Shown here one piece after another: positions 1 through 9,578 of a stretch of 64,000 nucleotides of DNA. The notes beneath the pieces were generated by a model. The model ran no database searches. It saw only the letters and a list, made by a program, of their open reading frames with translations, and was not told the DNA's origin. The DNA comes from Candidatus Eiseniibacteriota bacterium (GTDB taxonomy: Bacteria > Eisenbacteria > RBG-16-71-46 > CAIMUX01 > VGJL01), in contig CAWBWI010000001.1 in the NCBI GenBank assembly GCA_963792585.1, positions 800,001 through 864,000 of the forward strand. The letters run 5' to 3'. The translations under genes and the position numbers were made by a program. Every line of letters starts with the position of its first letter. Positions within the stretch are counted from its first letter, which is position 1.

Positions 1-54
1 CCTCCTAAGGGCAAACGGACGTTTGCCACCCGGTCAGATAGCTGTCGTGAAGAT

Positions 55-83
55 ATTATGGCATATTTGACGGATTGACTCAA
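55..83 (-). promoter_or_regulatory. sigma70-type promoter for a gene starting just left of the window
   Basis: Minus strand TTGAGT (83-78), 17 nt spacer, TGn-CATAAT (60-55). SD AGGAGG at 6-1. Locally AT-rich. Confidence 0.65.
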
Positions 84-131
84 GCGCCTTGCGGGGCTCT
101 GGATGGGGTCCCGGAGCTTTCGCGATCGAAG

Positions 132-536
132 CTATGGGGTCGGTCGCCGCTTCTCCCGAAGGACCTCGAGCAGGGAAACGAGTTCTTTCCGGAGTTCGGA
201 GATTCCCTCCAGCCAGGGGTTCTCGATGCCGAGCCCAAGCTGGCCCTCCCCCTGTTCCTTCCGTTGCTCGAGGCGCAGCCGTCTGCGGGCGCCCTTGATG
301 GTGAAGCCCTTTTCATAGAGCAGCGCCTTGATCCTCTCGAGCGTCTCGAGGTCCTTCTCCCGGTACATGCGGCTCCCCGATCGGCCTTTGCGGGGACGGA
401 GCATCGGAAACTGGGTCTCCCAGTACCGAAGAACGTGGGGTCGGATGTCCAACCGCTCCGCAACCTCCGAGATCGAGAAGTAGGTGCGCCCGCGCGCCTC
501 ATCGACCTGCTTCGGCTCGACCGGCTCCTGCATCAT
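132..536 (-). CDS. MerR-family HTH transcriptional regulator
   Basis: YFSISEVAERLDIRPHVLRYWETQF...RMYREKD...GFTIKGA is a MerR HTH; no metal-binding Cys. Confidence 0.9.
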   Translation of the reverse strand: MMQEPVEPKQVDEARGRTYFSISEVAERLDIRPHVLRYWETQFPMLRPRKGRSGSRMYREKDLETLERIKALLYEKGFTIKGARRRLRLEQRKEQGEGQLGLGIENPWLEGISELRKELVSLLEVLREKRRPTP

Positions 537-1540
537 CCCGCTTCCTCCTCGGTTCGCGGCGGACGCGCCATCAGGGACCGCAACGCCTCGCGCGGGTCGA
601 CGCCTTCGAACAGGATCCGCGCTACCTGTTCGGCGATCGGAAGCTCGACCCCGAGCCTGCGTCCCAGCTCGACGGCGGATCGCGTCGTCGGCACCCCTTC
701 GGCGACCTGCGTCATGGCCGCCATCGCCTGGTTCACCGGCGCGCCGCGTCCAATCGCCTCGCCGAGGCTCCGGTTACGGCTCAGAGGCGACGAGCAGGTC
801 GTCACGAGATCGCCCACCCCCGCGAGGCCGAGAAAGGTCTCCCGCCGCGCTCCCATCGCCAGTCCAAGCCGTGTCATTTCCGCGAGGCCCCTCGTCAAGA
901 GCGCCCCCTTCGCGTTCGCCCCAAGCCCCATCCCGTCGAGGATCCCCGCCGCGAGCGCCACCACGTTCTTGAGCGACGTCCCGATCTCGACCCCCCTCAT
1001 GTCGCCGCTTGTGTAGACGCGGAAGGTGGGGCCGTGAAACAGGTCCCGAACCCGCGAGGCCAGGATGGGGTCGTCCGAGGCTGCAAGGACCGTCGTGGGC
1101 TGCCCGGCGACCACCTCGCGGGCGAGGCTCGGTCCGGCCAGGACGCAAACCGCAGCGCCGGGTCTGGCCTCCGTCAGAACTTCGCTCATCCGCAGACCGG
1201 TGCCTTCCTCGAGGCCTTTCGTCGCAATGACCCAGTCCACTGTCGGGACCGCGCCTGCCGGGACCTTCCCCGCGACCGCGCGCAGGACCTGGGAAGGGAC
1301 CGCCATGACGACGGTCGCGCATCCCCCGATCGCACGGGAGATGTCATACATCACATGAAGCGCTGGAGGGAAGAGAAAACCTGGAAGGAAGTTGGAGTTT
1401 TCCCGCGTCGACTCCATTCGAGCCGCCAAGGTGGGGTCGGGGTCGATCAGCGCGACCTCGACTCCTTTCCGCGCGAGCAGGATTCCGAGCGAGGTCCCCC
1501 AGGATCCCGCACCGAAGATGGCAGTCCGACTGGTTTCCAT
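533..1540 (-). CDS. gpsA: NAD(P)H-dependent glycerol-3-phosphate dehydrogenase
   Basis: GAGSWG, LKNVVALAAG, GVGDLVTTC, SRN, EGVPT motifs; start trimmed to ATG 1540. Confidence 0.95.
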   Translation of the reverse strand: METSRTAIFGAGSWGTSLGILLARKGVEVALIDPDPTLAARMESTRENSNFLPGFLFPPALHVMYDISRAIGGCATVVMAVPSQVLRAVAGKVPAGAVPTVDWVIATKGLEEGTGLRMSEVLTEARPGAAVCVLAGPSLAREVVAGQPTTVLAASDDPILASRVRDLFHGPTFRVYTSGDMRGVEIGTSLKNVVALAAGILDGMGLGANAKGALLTRGLAEMTRLGLAMGARRETFLGLAGVGDLVTTCSSPLSRNRSLGEAIGRGAPVNQAMAAMTQVAEGVPTTRSAVELGRRLGVELPIAEQVARILFEGVDPREALRSLMARPPRTEEEAG

Positions 1541-1541
1541 C

Positions 1542-2150
1542 TCATCCCCCCCAGAGTGGCGGCTCCTCCCGGCGGAGCAGGCGGCGGATATTGCCCCGGT
1601 GACGGATCCAGACGAGGAGACAGACCGCCGCGGCAAACACGGTCCGGAGCCATCGGCCGGTCTCGGGCCCGAGCAGGGACACGGCGATCGGCAACGAAAG
1701 CGCGGCAAGCAGACTTGCAGCCGATACGCGTCGGACCAGCGCGAGCGTAACGCCCCACACCCCCAAGGCAAGTGCGGTCGCGGGCGGTGCGATCACCACC
1801 CAGACGCCGAGTCCCGTGGCGACCCCCTTTCCGCCCCGGAAGCGGACCCACGGGCTGAAGAGGTGTCCCAGGATCGCGCACAGCCCGGCAACGAGGGGCA
1901 GCGCGGTGTCCGGGGCCGCTCGGAGGGCCAGGAGAACGGCTGCCGCCCCTTTGCCGGCGTCGAGGAGGAGCACCGCGACGCCGTGGATAGGCCCCAGAAC
2001 CCGAAGGACATTGGTTGCGCCGAGATTCCGGCTGCCGTGCTCGCGCACGTCGATCCCGCGGAAGAGCTTCCCCCACCACAGTCCGAACGGAAGTGAGCCC
2101 AACAGGAAGCCGACGGCCAGGCAACTCGCCCAGAGCGACGCCGGGGTCAT
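1542..2150 (-). CDS. plsY: glycerol-3-phosphate 1-O-acyltransferase PlsY
   Basis: GSLPFG, GSRNLGATN, LLDAGKG, GHLFS..FRGGKGVAT, HRGNIRRL. Confidence 0.95.
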   Translation of the reverse strand: MTPASLWASCLAVGFLLGSLPFGLWWGKLFRGIDVREHGSRNLGATNVLRVLGPIHGVAVLLLDAGKGAAAVLLALRAAPDTALPLVAGLCAILGHLFSPWVRFRGGKGVATGLGVWVVIAPPATALALGVWGVTLALVRRVSAASLLAALSLPIAVSLLGPETGRWLRTVFAAAVCLLVWIRHRGNIRRLLRREEPPLWGG

Positions 2151-3466
2151 CCGCTCTTTCGCACCTGCAGTCGGATCGGACTGCCTGCGAAGCCGAACGC
2201 GGCCCGGAGCTCGCGAGAGAGATAACGTTCGTATTCGCGCGCAAGCCGTTGGGGATTGCTCACGAAGAGCGCGATGGTCGGTGGCGCCACCCGAACCTGT
2301 GTGGCGTAGTAGAGCTTCAGGGGACGGCTCCCCCCGACCGCACGCGGCGGATTCGCGTCGACCGCCTTGCGCACCACGGCGTTCAGCTCGGAGGTCGGCA
2401 CCTTGCGCCGTGCGGCGTCGTAGACCTCGACGATCCGCTCCGGAAGCCGGCTGACGCGCTGCACGGTGAGTGCGGAGACGAACTCCACGGGCACATGGTC
2501 CTGGAATGGAATCTGTTCGACCACTCGCTCGTGAAGGTGGGCCGCCGTCTTGTCGTCCTTGGTGACGAGATCCCACTTGTTGAAGGCCCAGACGCAGGCG
2601 CGTCCCGACTCGTCGATCATCTTCGCGATGCGGACGTCCTGGGTCGTAATCGGCTGGGTCGCATCGAAGACAAGGATCGCGACGTCGGCGGCCTCCAGGC
2701 TGCGAGTGGCACGAAGCGTGGCGTAGAACTCGTAGTTTGGCTGCGAGCCGAGCTTACGTCGCAGCCCGGCCGTGTCGACGACGATCATCTGTCGTCCGTG
2801 GTAGCGAAAGGGGGCGTCGATCGAATCCCGGGTCGTACCCGGAACGTCGTCCACGATCACCCGATCTTCACCCAGAAGCCGATTGACCAGCGAGGACTTC
2901 CCGACGTTCGGCCTCCCCATCACCGCGATCCGGATGATGTTCGGTTCCTCTTCCGTCGATGCGCGCGATGGAATCCGCCTGACGACCTCATCGAGCAATT
3001 CGCCGATCCCCCGCCCTTCCATCGCCGAGATCGGCCAGACGGGACCGTCGAAGCCCAGACCGGCGAACTCGGCCGCGTGAGCCTCGAGGCGTTGGGAATC
3101 GACCTTGTTCGCCACGAGGACGAAGGTGCGGCCGCGCTCGCGAAGGCGGCGCGCGATCTCCGCATCGTCCGGCTGGAGGCCGGCCCGCGCGTCGACGACC
3201 AGCATCACGAGATCGCACTCGTCCAGCGCATGGAGAACCTGCTCGAGGATCCTCTTCTCCATCGGGTCCGCGCCCTCGGGGACCCACCCTCCCGTGTCGA
3301 CGAGCTGGAAGTCCTGTCCCGTCCAGTCCACACGGGCCATGAGTCGATCGCGCGTGATCCCCGGCATGTCATCGACCACCGCCAGGGGCTTGCCCAGGAT
3401 GCGGTTGAAGAGGGTTGATTTTCCGACGTTGGGGCGGCCGATGATCGCAACAATCGGTAGGCTCAT
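2147..3466 (-). CDS. der: ribosome biogenesis GTPase Der (EngA)
   Basis: Two GRPNVGKS P-loops, DTGG/DTAG, NKVD/NKWD, KH-like C-terminus. Confidence 0.97.
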   Translation of the reverse strand: MSLPIVAIIGRPNVGKSTLFNRILGKPLAVVDDMPGITRDRLMARVDWTGQDFQLVDTGGWVPEGADPMEKRILEQVLHALDECDLVMLVVDARAGLQPDDAEIARRLRERGRTFVLVANKVDSQRLEAHAAEFAGLGFDGPVWPISAMEGRGIGELLDEVVRRIPSRASTEEEPNIIRIAVMGRPNVGKSSLVNRLLGEDRVIVDDVPGTTRDSIDAPFRYHGRQMIVVDTAGLRRKLGSQPNYEFYATLRATRSLEAADVAILVFDATQPITTQDVRIAKMIDESGRACVWAFNKWDLVTKDDKTAAHLHERVVEQIPFQDHVPVEFVSALTVQRVSRLPERIVEVYDAARRKVPTSELNAVVRKAVDANPPRAVGGSRPLKLYYATQVRVAPPTIALFVSNPQRLAREYERYLSRELRAAFGFAGSPIRLQVRKSG

Positions 3467-4728
3467 GTTCTGAAGAATCCCGACTGGAACGCGACACCGA
3501 AGCGCGCGGCCAGTCCATCCAGCGTCGTGTCGTCCAGGAACACCCCGTCGTCGTTCAGGGTCGCCGGCGGGACGTAGACGCGATCGCCGAGATCGCGCCC
3601 TTCGAGAGTGCGCGCGATGTCGCCGCCGGTCAAGAGTCCGGCGACCGTCACGCTCCTGCCGAAGAACTCGTTCGGACAGCCGACCACCTCGACCTCCACG
3701 GGTTCGCCGGAACGGGCCAGCGTCTCCCCGATCGCCTTGCGCAGGATCGGCTCGAAGAGCTCCCCGGTCACCAGCGTGAAACGCCGCTCCCCCCTCTTGG
3801 CCGCTTCCCCGAAGAGACGGCGGGCGCGCTTCAGGCGGCTCAGGAAGTGCCGGGTCATCCCGATCCCGTTCTCGAGCTGGGGAAAGCCGTCGTAGCGGTT
3901 GGCGGGCGGGGGCTCGACCCCGAGCATCCGGTAGAGCTCATCGGCCAGATAGACGAAATCGACCCCGTGCTCCTTGCGGAACGCGCGCTGGAAGGTCTCC
4001 ACCTGCACCCGCGTCCGCTCGGCGACCTCCCGGGTCACCGGCGGCAGGGCCACCAGTCCATCCCGGTGATCGGTCATGCCCAGCGGGACGACCGCGAGAC
4101 TCTGCACCTTCGGCCAGCGCGTCGAGAGGTCCCGGATCGTCCGATCCAGATCCTCCCCGTCGTTGTAGCCGGGGCATAGGACGATCTGAGAATGCATCAC
4201 GATCCCGTTGTCGCCCAGGTAGTCCATCAGGTGGAGGATGTCCTTGTCGACCTTCGGCCGGATGAGCTTGCGGCGCGTCTCGGGGTTGGTGGAGTGGACC
4301 GAGATGTAGAGCGGGCTCAGCCGCTGCTCGACCATCCGCTCCAGCTCCCACTGCTTCATGTTCGTCAGCGTGACGAAATTGCCGTGGAGGAAAGAGAGCC
4401 GATAGTCCTCATCCTTCACGTAGAGGGTCTTGCGCATCCCGTTGGGCAGTTGGTCGATGAAGCAGAATACGCAATCGTTCCCGCAGAGCCGGGTCTTCAT
4501 CTCCTCGAGCTCGATGCCGAGATCCTGCCCCGGGTCGAGCGAGACTTCGAATGTCCGCGCATCCCCCGGTCTCGCCTCGACGATCACCTCCAGGTCGCCG
4601 TCCGCAACATAGAAGTGGTAATCGAGCAGATCGCGGATCTTACGTCCGTTGATCGAGACGAGATTCTCCCCCGCACGGATTCCGAGATCCTGTGCGGGCG
4701 ATTCCGGGCGAACGTTGCGGATGACCAT
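3463..4728 (-). CDS. PDZ + radical SAM DUF512 family protein
   Basis: N-terminal PDZ-like (SPAQDLGIRAGE), CGNDCVFC cluster motif, KDEDYRLSF, QLENGIG, VAGLLTG; start trimmed so it does not overlap the tRNA. Confidence 0.88.
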   Translation of the reverse strand: MVIRNVRPESPAQDLGIRAGENLVSINGRKIRDLLDYHFYVADGDLEVIVEARPGDARTFEVSLDPGQDLGIELEEMKTRLCGNDCVFCFIDQLPNGMRKTLYVKDEDYRLSFLHGNFVTLTNMKQWELERMVEQRLSPLYISVHSTNPETRRKLIRPKVDKDILHLMDYLGDNGIVMHSQIVLCPGYNDGEDLDRTIRDLSTRWPKVQSLAVVPLGMTDHRDGLVALPPVTREVAERTRVQVETFQRAFRKEHGVDFVYLADELYRMLGVEPPPANRYDGFPQLENGIGMTRHFLSRLKRARRLFGEAAKRGERRFTLVTGELFEPILRKAIGETLARSGEPVEVEVVGCPNEFFGRSVTVAGLLTGGDIARTLEGRDLGDRVYVPPATLNDDGVFLDDTTLDGLAARFGVAFQSGFFRT

Positions 4729-4746
4729 GACGACTCCAAGCGAAAG

Positions 4747-4778
4747 CGCCGAAGGACCCGACGGCGGGCCCTTCGGCG
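4747..4778 (-). terminator. GC-rich hairpin directly downstream of tRNA-Gly (terminator or processing stem)
   Basis: CGCCGAAGGGCCCG-CCGT-CGGGTCCTTCGGCG, 14 bp stem with one G-U, followed by a weak U-rich tail CTTTCGCTT. Confidence 0.55.
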
Positions 4779-4785
4779 GGGAAAA

Positions 4786-4860
<75 letters not shown>

Positions 4861-4877
4861 TTGTCAGCCAATGTCAA

Positions 4878-4906
4878 AGCCTAGGTAGCGTTCTCCGGCC
4901 TGTCAA
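4878..4906 (-). promoter_or_regulatory. sigma70 promoter for tRNA-Gly, inside the 3' end of miaA
   Basis: Perfect TTGACA (4906-4901), 17 nt spacer, TAGGCT (4883-4878); the -10 overlaps the miaA TAG stop. Confidence 0.75.
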
Positions 4907-5861
4907 GCGACAACTCCCCCGGCGGCAGGAGCGGCAGGACGCGCTCCGCCGTTTGCTCGGGGCTCTCACCGTCGGCGATCAAGATCTCGACCCTCTCCGG
5001 ATGCCGGTTCCGGAACCAGGTTTCCTGGCGTTTCGCGTAGCGGCGGGAGTTGCGGACGAAGAGGTCGAAGGCGGACGCGCGATCGCACTCGCCGAGCGCG
5101 TATGCGATCCACTCCGCGTACCCCACGCTCTTCATCCCCGGAGCGTCACGCGCGACCCCGCTCTCCAGGAGTCGCCGAACCTCGTCGGGCAGGCCGCTCT
5201 CCACCATGGCGCGACAACGGGATTCGATTCGCTCGTAGAGCTCCCTGCGGGGCCGCGTGAGATAGACGATGGGCGTCTCCGGAGCCACGAGGGCCACGGC
5301 CGGCTCTCGGAAGCGGCGGCTCAACGGGATCCCCGTTCCTTCCGCCACCTCGAGGGCCCGGACGATCCTCTGCCGATCCCGCGGCGCCAGGCGCTCCGCC
5401 GTCCCGGGATCGATCCTCTGCAACCGCCGGTGCAACGCCTCCGGCCCTTCCTCCCGGGCGAGCGACTCATAGACTTCGCGTCGATCGGGGTCGGCCTGGG
5501 GAAGCTCGTGGAATCTACCGAGACAGGCGTCGACGTAGAGCCCCGCGCCGCCGACCGCCAGCGCGCGCGCCCCGCGTGTCTGCAGGTCGAGCAGCGTCGA
5601 CGCGAAGAACTCGAGAAACCGTCCGGCGGAGCAACGCTCGCGGGGATCGAGCAGGTCGATGAGGTGGTGGCGCACCAGCCGGCGCTGAGTCGCTGTCGGT
5701 TTTGCCGTGCCGATCTCCAGGTCGCGGTAGATCTGCCGCGAGTCGACGCTCGCGATCTCGGCCCCGAGACGGCGGGCGAGGAGGATCGCCACATCCGTCT
5801 TTCCTACCCCGGTCGGCCCGACGATGAAAGCGATGATGGGACGCTGCGCGATCGACTCCAC
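4881..5861 (-). CDS. miaA: tRNA (adenosine(37)-N6)-dimethylallyltransferase
   Basis: [35 protein letters not shown]. Confidence 0.96.
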   Translation of the reverse strand: MESIAQRPIIAFIVGPTGVGKTDVAILLARRLGAEIASVDSRQIYRDLEIGTAKPTATQRRLVRHHLIDLLDPRERCSAGRFLEFFASTLLDLQTRGARALAVGGAGLYVDACLGRFHELPQADPDRREVYESLAREEGPEALHRRLQRIDPGTAERLAPRDRQRIVRALEVAEGTGIPLSRRFREPAVALVAPETPIVYLTRPRRELYERIESRCRAMVESGLPDEVRRLLESGVARDAPGMKSVGYAEWIAYALGECDRASAFDLFVRNSRRYAKRQETWFRNRHPERVEILIADGESPEQTAERVLPLLPPGELSLDRPENAT

Positions 5862-7613
5862 CTAGCCGCTCCGGCCAAACCGTCGATCCAACTCCTCCGC
5901 CGTCAGCACGATGTAGGTGGGACGGCCATGGGGATCGCCGTGGGGCAGTCGCGTGCCGAAGAGCTCGTCGATCAGGTGGTTCATCGTCACCTCGTCCAGG
6001 CGCATGCCCGTCCGAATCGCCGAGTGGCACGCGAAGGACGCCGCAAGGGCCTGGATCCGCTCTTCGCTGCGCCGCGTGCGCTCGGACACGTCGTCCAGCA
6101 GGTCCCGGAGCATGGTCGCTGCGTCGCCCTCCCATGTCGCCGGCACGGCGCGCAGGATCACGGCGTCGCCGCCGAAGGGCTCGAGGTGGATCCCAAGGCG
6201 AGGCAGATCCTCGATGCACGACTCGAGGGTCGCGTACTCGCCCGGCGCCAGTTGAACGACCGCGGGAAAGAGGAGCTGCTGGCTCGTGGCCTGCTCCCCC
6301 GCCAACCAGCCCATGGCCCGTTCGTAAAGAATCCGTTCATGCGCCGCGTGCTGATCGACGATCAGAATTCCCTGTCGGGTCTGCGCGAGAATGTAGCGAT
6401 CTTGGATCTGCCAGACCGGCACCAGGGGTCCTCTCCAACCCTCCACCGTCGAGGATGGGGTCGCCGGCACGATCGAGCCTGTCGGCGCGTCCTCGTGCTG
6501 AGGCCGATACAGCAGGTCGAGCCCGCCCAACGAGGCCGGATCGGATCGCTCCTCGCGGACGTACCCCCCCGATCCCCACCGATCTCCCTGCGCCGACATG
6601 CCCGGCACGAGCCGCCGGGTGGCCTCCCGGACGACGCGCACGACCTCCGCGAACACCGCCCCCTCGTCTTGAAACCGTATCTCGCGCTTCGTCGGGTGCA
6701 CGTTGACGTCGACGCCCCCGCCGGCGACTTCGAGCAGGAGGACGGCGAACGGCTGGCGAGACGGCGCGATCAGGTCCCCGAAGGCTTGCCGCAGAGCGTG
6801 GCCCAGAGCCGGGTGGCTCACCCACCGGCCGTTGACCACGATCGTCTGCCCGCCGGTTCCCGCGCGCGCGATCTCGGGAATCCCGACCCAGCCTTGGACG
6901 CGGATTCCTGGATGTTCCCCTCGCAGCGGCAGCACCTTCTCCCGGAAGCGGGACCCGTAGACCTGGTCGAGCCGATCCTCGGACGACGCGGCCGGAAGCC
7001 GCATCGTCTCGCGTCCGTCGACGAGAAGACGAATATCGATCTCGGGAGATGCCAGCGCATAGGCGCCGATCAGCTTCTGGATCAAGCGGATCTCGCCGAC
7101 CGGCGAGCGGAGGAATCGCTTGCGGACCGGGCTATTGAAGAAGAGGTCCTCCACCTCGACCGTCGTCCCCTTGCTCCTGGCGGCGGGCCGGAGTTGCTCG
7201 ACATGGCCCCCTCGAACAACCAGCTCGGATGCCTCATGACCGTCGCTCGTCACGATGCGAAGTCGCGCGACGCGGGCGATCGATGGGAGCGCTTCGCCCC
7301 GGAAACCGAGGCTGCGAATCTGGAGGAGGTCGTCCTCCTCCCGGAGTTTGCTCGTCGCGTGGCGCTCCACCGCCAGCCGGCATTCGGCCGAGGACATGCC
7401 GCATCCGTCGTCGGCGCACGAGAGGAAACGGTCGGCGGCTTCCCGGATCTCGATTTCGATGCGGCCGCTTCCGGCGTCGATCGCGTTCTCGATCAACTCC
7501 TTCGCCACCGAAAGCGGGCGCAGAATCATCTCCCCGGCGGCGATCTTGGCCACCACCTCCGGCCGAAGGCGGCGAATCCGGCCCGCCGATTGGGTCATCT
7601 CCTCAGGGGTCAC
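5862..7613 (-). CDS. mutL: DNA mismatch repair endonuclease MutL
   Basis: KELIENAIDAG, HATSK, GFRGEAL, DVNVHPTK, DQHAAHER. Confidence 0.96.
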   Translation of the reverse strand: MTPEEMTQSAGRIRRLRPEVVAKIAAGEMILRPLSVAKELIENAIDAGSGRIEIEIREAADRFLSCADDGCGMSSAECRLAVERHATSKLREEDDLLQIRSLGFRGEALPSIARVARLRIVTSDGHEASELVVRGGHVEQLRPAARSKGTTVEVEDLFFNSPVRKRFLRSPVGEIRLIQKLIGAYALASPEIDIRLLVDGRETMRLPAASSEDRLDQVYGSRFREKVLPLRGEHPGIRVQGWVGIPEIARAGTGGQTIVVNGRWVSHPALGHALRQAFGDLIAPSRQPFAVLLLEVAGGGVDVNVHPTKREIRFQDEGAVFAEVVRVVREATRRLVPGMSAQGDRWGSGGYVREERSDPASLGGLDLLYRPQHEDAPTGSIVPATPSSTVEGWRGPLVPVWQIQDRYILAQTRQGILIVDQHAAHERILYERAMGWLAGEQATSQQLLFPAVVQLAPGEYATLESCIEDLPRLGIHLEPFGGDAVILRAVPATWEGDAATMLRDLLDDVSERTRRSEERIQALAASFACHSAIRTGMRLDEVTMNHLIDELFGTRLPHGDPHGRPTYIVLTAEELDRRFGRSG

Positions 7614-8263
7614 TCCTGATGCCTTTCGATCGAGATAACTTCCGGATCCTGGGAGAGGTCCTGGAAGGCCTGCGCGACCGCCTGCGCGGAAAAGCTCCCG
7701 GAGAGCAGGAGGGTCCGTTCGACGCCGACCGCTTCGACGGTCAGCCGGTCGGAGCGGATTCCAAGCGACTCGAACGTCTCCCGCGCACGCGCGAGCGCCT
7801 CGTCACCGCGAACCCGCACACGAACCGACATCGGACGCTTGTTGCGGAGAATCCGGCGTTCCCAGCGCTCGAGGATGGAGAGAACGATGTAGGTGGCGAG
7901 CGCGCCGACGATGGCGATCGGGAACAGACCCGCCCCGCAGGCCATGCCGACGGCGGCGACCGACCAGATCGATGCGGCCGTCGTCATCCCGCGGACAACC
8001 CCGCCTCCCCGCAGGATGGCGCCGCCTCCGAGGAAGCCGATCCCGGTCACGATCTGCGCGGCGATGCGCGCCGGATCGCTCCCCGCGCCCACCACAGTGG
8101 ATGTGATTCCGAGGCTGATCAACATGAAGAGGCAGCAGCCGAGGCCGACCAGCAAGTGCGTACGCAGCCCGGCCGGTTTATGCCCGACCTCGCGCTCCCA
8201 ACCGATCGGGAACACGAGAACGAGGGCCAGCCCGACCCTGATCAAGGTCTCGCTCCAGGTCAT
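7610..8263 (-). CDS. MgtC/SapB family membrane protein
   Basis: IGWERE...KPAGLRTH, DPARIAAQIVTGIGFLGGG, GMTTAASIW. Confidence 0.92.
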   Translation of the reverse strand: MTWSETLIRVGLALVLVFPIGWEREVGHKPAGLRTHLLVGLGCCLFMLISLGITSTVVGAGSDPARIAAQIVTGIGFLGGGAILRGGGVVRGMTTAASIWSVAAVGMACGAGLFPIAIVGALATYIVLSILERWERRILRNKRPMSVRVRVRGDEALARARETFESLGIRSDRLTVEAVGVERTLLLSGSFSAQAVAQAFQDLSQDPEVISIERHQE

Positions 8264-9207
8264 GAGCCCCCCGTCGCGCGGGCGCCTTCGAGCACCGCAG
8301 CCAGGACATCATCGACGGCGATCCCGCGCAAGCAACCGGCGTGCCCCTGCCAGCAGAACCTCGCCCCGTGCGGTGCGCAGGGCCGGCAGGCCAGGTCGTG
8401 CTCGAGGACTGTATCGCGATCACCGAGTGGGCCGAAGCCGAATTCGAGTACGGTCGAGCCGAAAATAGCGACGACTGGAACCCCAAGCGCGACCGCGAGA
8501 TGCATCATTCCCGAATCGTTGGTCACGAGTGCCCCGCATCGTTCGAGGATCGCCTTGAGGGGACGGAGTGTGGCGCGCACGAACCCCTCCCCGTCCTCTG
8601 CGACCCGGCCGGGCTCCTCGAATCGGATCGTGCGCAACCCGCGGGCCCCCAGGTCGCGTTCCAGCGCATCGAAGCGCTCCGCCGGCCAGCGTTTCATGGC
8701 CCGCGACGCGCCCGGCGCGAGACCGACGCAAGGCGATTCCGTACACGCCCAGGCAAGGCCAAGCGCGCGCCCTTCCTCCCGGTCTCGATCGGTCACGACC
8801 ACCCGAGGACGCAGGCTGCGCGCATCCAAGCCTCCCCAACCGGCGGTCTCACCGTAGCGTTGGACGCAATGGGGAACGGGGAACCTGGGGGCGCGTCGAC
8901 CCCAGAAGACCATCCAGCGCCGCGCGAGGGAGCGACCCCGCGTGCGCACCGCCGGCCCACAGGACGCGAGGAGGCGCCGCGACGTCGCGTTCGACTGCAG
9001 ATCGAGCACCCGATCGAAGGTTCCCGCTTTCGGGAGATCCCCCGGTACCCAGATGCCGGCCACCGGCAGGCCCTCGAAGACGGGGCGCAACGCCTCGGCC
9101 GTCGCAACCTCCACGCGGGCTCCCGTGTCCGCAAGGCGCGCGACGATTCCGCTCGAGAGGACGACGTCCCCGAGGGAGTGGAAGCGGCAGACGAGAATGC
9201 GCTCCAC
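8260..9207 (-). CDS. glycosyltransferase family 9 (WaaC/WaaF-like LPS heptosyltransferase)
   Basis: RFHSLGDV, KRWP, NDSGMMHLA, IFGST, C-terminal CRPC..C..C; GTG start. Confidence 0.88.
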   Translation of the reverse strand: MERILVCRFHSLGDVVLSSGIVARLADTGARVEVATAEALRPVFEGLPVAGIWVPGDLPKAGTFDRVLDLQSNATSRRLLASCGPAVRTRGRSLARRWMVFWGRRAPRFPVPHCVQRYGETAGWGGLDARSLRPRVVVTDRDREEGRALGLAWACTESPCVGLAPGASRAMKRWPAERFDALERDLGARGLRTIRFEEPGRVAEDGEGFVRATLRPLKAILERCGALVTNDSGMMHLAVALGVPVVAIFGSTVLEFGFGPLGDRDTVLEHDLACRPCAPHGARFCWQGHAGCLRGIAVDDVLAAVLEGARATGGS

Positions 9208-9208
9208 C

Positions 9209-9574
9209 TTACCAGCGGTAGTTGCGGACGAACTCCGTCTCGAAATCGAATCCGCCACGGAAGTCGTCGAGGCTGTCGTTGTCCGTCTTGCTCAACAGGC
9301 CGTTGTCGACCATCAGGAACACGATCCTGCCGATATCCTCGGTCGACTCCATGCCCCAGTGGTTCAGGACCGACTTCGCCATCGGACCGAATTCCTCGAC
9401 GGCGATGATGCGGGACGACTCCAGAAGTTCCTTCCCTGTCACGTGGCCGGTGCGCTCGAGGCGACGACGGCAGTGTTCGATCGCGCGGAGGACGAACAGG
9501 AACGCGGGCGGCCGGTAACGGCCGGACGCGTCGGCAATCTCCTCGATCTTCTCGTAGACGTCGCCCGTCGCCAT
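9209..9574 (-). CDS. conserved hypothetical protein (Minf_1886 / PVC-type family)
   Basis: HVTGKELLE...FGPMAKSVLNHWG..STEDIGRIVFLMV..GLL...DSLDDF matches this small family as I recall it. Confidence 0.75.
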   Translation of the reverse strand: MATGDVYEKIEEIADASGRYRPPAFLFVLRAIEHCRRRLERTGHVTGKELLESSRIIAVEEFGPMAKSVLNHWGMESTEDIGRIVFLMVDNGLLSKTDNDSLDDFRGGFDFETEFVRNYRW

Positions 9575-9578
9575 CGTT

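Noticed and set aside
10..27. GGCAAAC as a c-di-GMP-I riboswitch or PurR box
   Set aside because: No GAAA tetraloop/receptor architecture follows, and the 2-nt spacer does not fit PurR
4953..7619. Long plus-strand ORFs (888 aa here; also 48243-50837, 51985-53913 and others)
   Set aside because: Antisense shadows of well-conserved minus-strand genes, expected in high-GC DNA; no recognisable motifs
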